Virus record (IMG/VR): IMGVR_UViG_3300011339_000331
Location: 1 to 26,081 of that record
Source of the DNA: a virus
Lineage: Duplodnaviria; Caudoviricetes
Length of the DNA: 26,081 nt
Strand: one strand, 5' to 3'
Shown here: in pieces, positions 24,230 through 26,081 of the stretch
Layout: every line of letters begins with the position of its first letter
How positions within the stretch are numbered: position 1 is the first letter of the stretch
Notes under the pieces: model-generated
Seen by the model: the letters and a program-made list of their open reading frames with translations, nothing else
Database searches by the model: none
Told to the model about the DNA's origin: nothing
Translations under genes and position numbers: made by a program

Positions 24230-24694
24230 ATGGACTTACTGCTCAACCTGCTCAAGGGCGTCGCTCCGGCGCTCGCCACTGTTGTGGCTGGCCCACTGGG
24301 TGGTGCTGCAATCACAGCGATTGCCAACAAGCTGGGCGTGGAGGACACGCTCCAAGCCGTCACGGCTGCCGTGAAAAACGACCCCGAGGCCGCAGCGAAG
24401 CTGGCCGAGATCGACCTGGCTCAGTTTGAGGTCGAGCAGACCAACGTCACCGACCGCTGGGAAGCTGACATGGCAGCCGACTCCTGGCTGTCAAAGAACA
24501 TCCGGCCACTGGCCTTGCTGCTCATCCTGGGCGCGTACTTCTTGTTCGCCATGATGTCGGCCTTCGGGCTGAACGCGCAGGAGTCCTACGTCCAGCTGCT
24601 GGGCCAGTGGGGCATGCTGGTCATGTCGGCTTACTTCGGTGGCCGCACGCTTGAGAAGATCATGGAAATGAAACACCAGGGGCCGGGCAAATGA
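24230..24694 (+). CDS. Holin (GTA 3TM-holin-like)
   Basis: GAGGA RBS; AP-x-LAT-x-x-x-GP-x-GG, DSWLSKNIRP, two TM helices and YFGGR; adjacent to the endolysin. Confidence 0.85.
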   Translation: MDLLLNLLKGVAPALATVVAGPLGGAAITAIANKLGVEDTLQAVTAAVKNDPEAAAKLAEIDLAQFEVEQTNVTDRWEADMAADSWLSKNIRPLALLLILGAYFLFAMMSAFGLNAQESYVQLLGQWGMLVMSAYFGGRTLEKIMEMKHQGPGK

Positions 24695-25293
24695 TCACCG
24701 TCGACTTTCTTCAAAAGGCGACCGACTCGTCGCCAGGAAACGCGGTCAAATACATCGACGCCATAAACGCTGCGATGGAGCGCTTCGAGATCAACACGCC
24801 CAAACGGATCGCTGCCTTCCTGGCGACTGTCTCGATCGAGTCGGCCAGGCTGTCGGCTGTCGAGGAGGGTCTCTACTACTCCAGCCCAGAGCGCCTGGCG
24901 TCGATTTTTAAGCGCGCCTTCCGGGATGCGGATGACGCAAGGCCCTATGCGAAAAACCCAAAGTCACTGAGCTTAAAGCTGTACCAAGGCTTCCATGGTC
25001 GCGGACTGATCCAGCTGACCTGGGAGGCCAACTACCGCAAATGCGGCGAGGCCCTGGGCGTGGACTTTGTGGCCGATCCTGCGCTGCTGACGACGCCAAA
25101 ATATGCGGCTCTGTCTGCGGCCTGGTTCTGGAAAGCCAACGGCTGCAACGCAGCAGCCGACCTGGGCGACATGACCAAGGTCACGGCCATCGTGAACGGC
25201 CCAGCCAAGCTGCACCTGGCCGAGCGCAAGGCACAATACATCATGGCGCTGGGGGCCTTCCCTGCCGCCGACAGCAACGGGGCTACGGCCTAA
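24691..25293 (+). CDS. Endolysin, glycoside hydrolase family 19
   Basis: R-x-AAFLA...ES...EE, GRGLIQLTW-x-x-NY, AA-x-SAAWFW, T-x-x-VNG; ATGA overlap with the holin. Confidence 0.93.
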   Translation: MITVDFLQKATDSSPGNAVKYIDAINAAMERFEINTPKRIAAFLATVSIESARLSAVEEGLYYSSPERLASIFKRAFRDADDARPYAKNPKSLSLKLYQGFHGRGLIQLTWEANYRKCGEALGVDFVADPALLTTPKYAALSAAWFWKANGCNAAADLGDMTKVTAIVNGPAKLHLAERKAQYIMALGAFPAADSNGATA

Positions 25294-25304
25294 CAGGGAG
25301 GTTT

Positions 25305-25808
25305 ATGCCACTGACACTTGTTCCGACTTCAATGATGGGCTCAGGCGCTGCCGTTCAGGTGGTGTCCGCATCCAACGCGGCAAACACGGTTATCTCGGCC
25401 ACGATACCTGCGGACAACACCATCCCGCAGATCACCGAGGGCACCCAAGTTCTGACTGCCACGATCACTCCAACGTCAGCGGATAGCATCTTGCAAGTCG
25501 ATGCCGTGGTGCACGGCTCCGAGCTGACCAACGTCGGTGACTCAATTCTTGCCGCGCTGTTTCGTGATGCAGGGGCCAATGCCGTAGCGGCTGGCTTCAT
25601 AGGCGGCATGAACGGCGGTGGCAACTTCCTGACAAGCGGCACTGCTGTCATTCGCTATCGGGTGGTGGCTGGTTCAGTTGCGGCCACCACGTTTACTGTG
25701 CGTGCGGGCAATAACACAGGCTCGATGACGCTGAACGCCACACACCAGAACATCAATCTTGGCGGGCTCATTGCGTCCAGCCTGACGATCACCGAGATCA
25801 AGGCCTAA
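25305..25808 (+). CDS. Short tail-fibre-tip-like beta-sandwich protein (167 aa; true start 25305, not 25041)
   Basis: GGGAGG RBS at 25296-25301; QVV...TITPTS-x-x-S-x-L-x-V...SSLTITEI pattern common in phage fibre C-terminal domains. Confidence 0.7.
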   Translation: MPLTLVPTSMMGSGAAVQVVSASNAANTVISATIPADNTIPQITEGTQVLTATITPTSADSILQVDAVVHGSELTNVGDSILAALFRDAGANAVAAGFIGGMNGGGNFLTSGTAVIRYRVVAGSVAATTFTVRAGNNTGSMTLNATHQNINLGGLIASSLTITEIKA

Positions 25809-26081
25809 GCCTGCCCCATGGCGATCGCCTTGCCCGTCAGATCGGCTGCGGCCTTTGCGGCACCGGTCTGCATGTAGGCATAGCCGGCCGTGGTGTCTGT
25901 CGACGCATGGCCGAGCAGCGACCCCACAGCTTCAAGCGTCAGGCCAGCTGACAGGCCCGTGGAGGCGTAGAAGCGACGCAGGGCGTGCATCCGCAGGTTC
26001 GTGACCTCGGCGCGCTTTAGCACCCCTTTCCATCCGTTCTTTGGCGACTGCAACGCTGTGCCCTCAAGCCGGCCGCAGCTC
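25805..26081 (-). CDS. int: Tyrosine recombinase/integrase, C-terminal end only (5' part lies beyond the window)
   Basis: HALRR (H-x-x-R), LLGH and TTAGY catalytic motifs; frame is open to the window edge. Confidence 0.92.
   Translation of the reverse strand, partial: SCGRLEGTALQSPKNGWKGVLKRAEVTNLRMHALRRFYASTGLSAGLTLEAVGSLLGHASTDTTAGYAYMQTGAAKAAADLTGKAIAMGQA

Larger units (their letters stand above)
1..26081. mobile_element. Temperate podovirus/prophage, epsilon15/BPP-1-like late operon
   Basis: Complete ordered head-tail-ejection-spike-lysis module, no tape measure gene, integrase at the end; no host genes seen. Confidence 0.93.

Noticed and set aside
25041-25304. N-terminal extension of the 255-aa ORF overlapping the endolysin (possible nested spanin)
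   Set aside because: No signal peptide or lipobox; a strong RBS supports the start at 25305.
20354-26081. BPP-1-type diversity-generating retroelement
   Set aside because: No reverse transcriptase and no TR/VR repeat pair seen; the receptor-binding protein is a beta-helix spike.

Overview
Late (morphogenesis and lysis) region of a GC-rich temperate podovirus or prophage with epsilon15/BPP-1-like gene order. Nearly all genes are on the + strand: terminase large subunit (5' truncated), two tandem paralogous small genes, portal, an orphan HicB-like gene, a Bbp19-like gene, a two-domain Tad2(DUF2829)-containing gene, scaffold, major capsid protein, cement/staple proteins, tail adaptor and nozzle, a GNAT-like protein, four ejection (internal virion) proteins, a mosaic tailspike, a lysis cassette (membrane proteins, 3TM holin, GH19 endolysin) and a short fibre-like gene. 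The 3' end of a convergent tyrosine integrase closes the window. The most unusual element is the 1277-aa ejection protein (13774-17607). It carries a HExxH metallopeptidase module followed by a domain with HhH-GPD DNA glycosylase/AP-lyase hallmarks (K967...D985, 18 apart). The peptidase module is bracketed by repeated Q-V-(T)-R linker motifs, and a +1-frame nested ORF with its own -10 box and RBS lies just after the glycosylase-like domain. Together this suggests a virion-delivered, possibly self-processed DNA glycosylase effector with an overprinted regulator. Other notable items are a repeated 16/17-bp palindrome at four late promoter regions, a two-gene anti-defence pocket in the head module, and a lone Cys pair at the junction of two ejection proteins. 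All family calls come from motif recognition by eye; no database searches were run.
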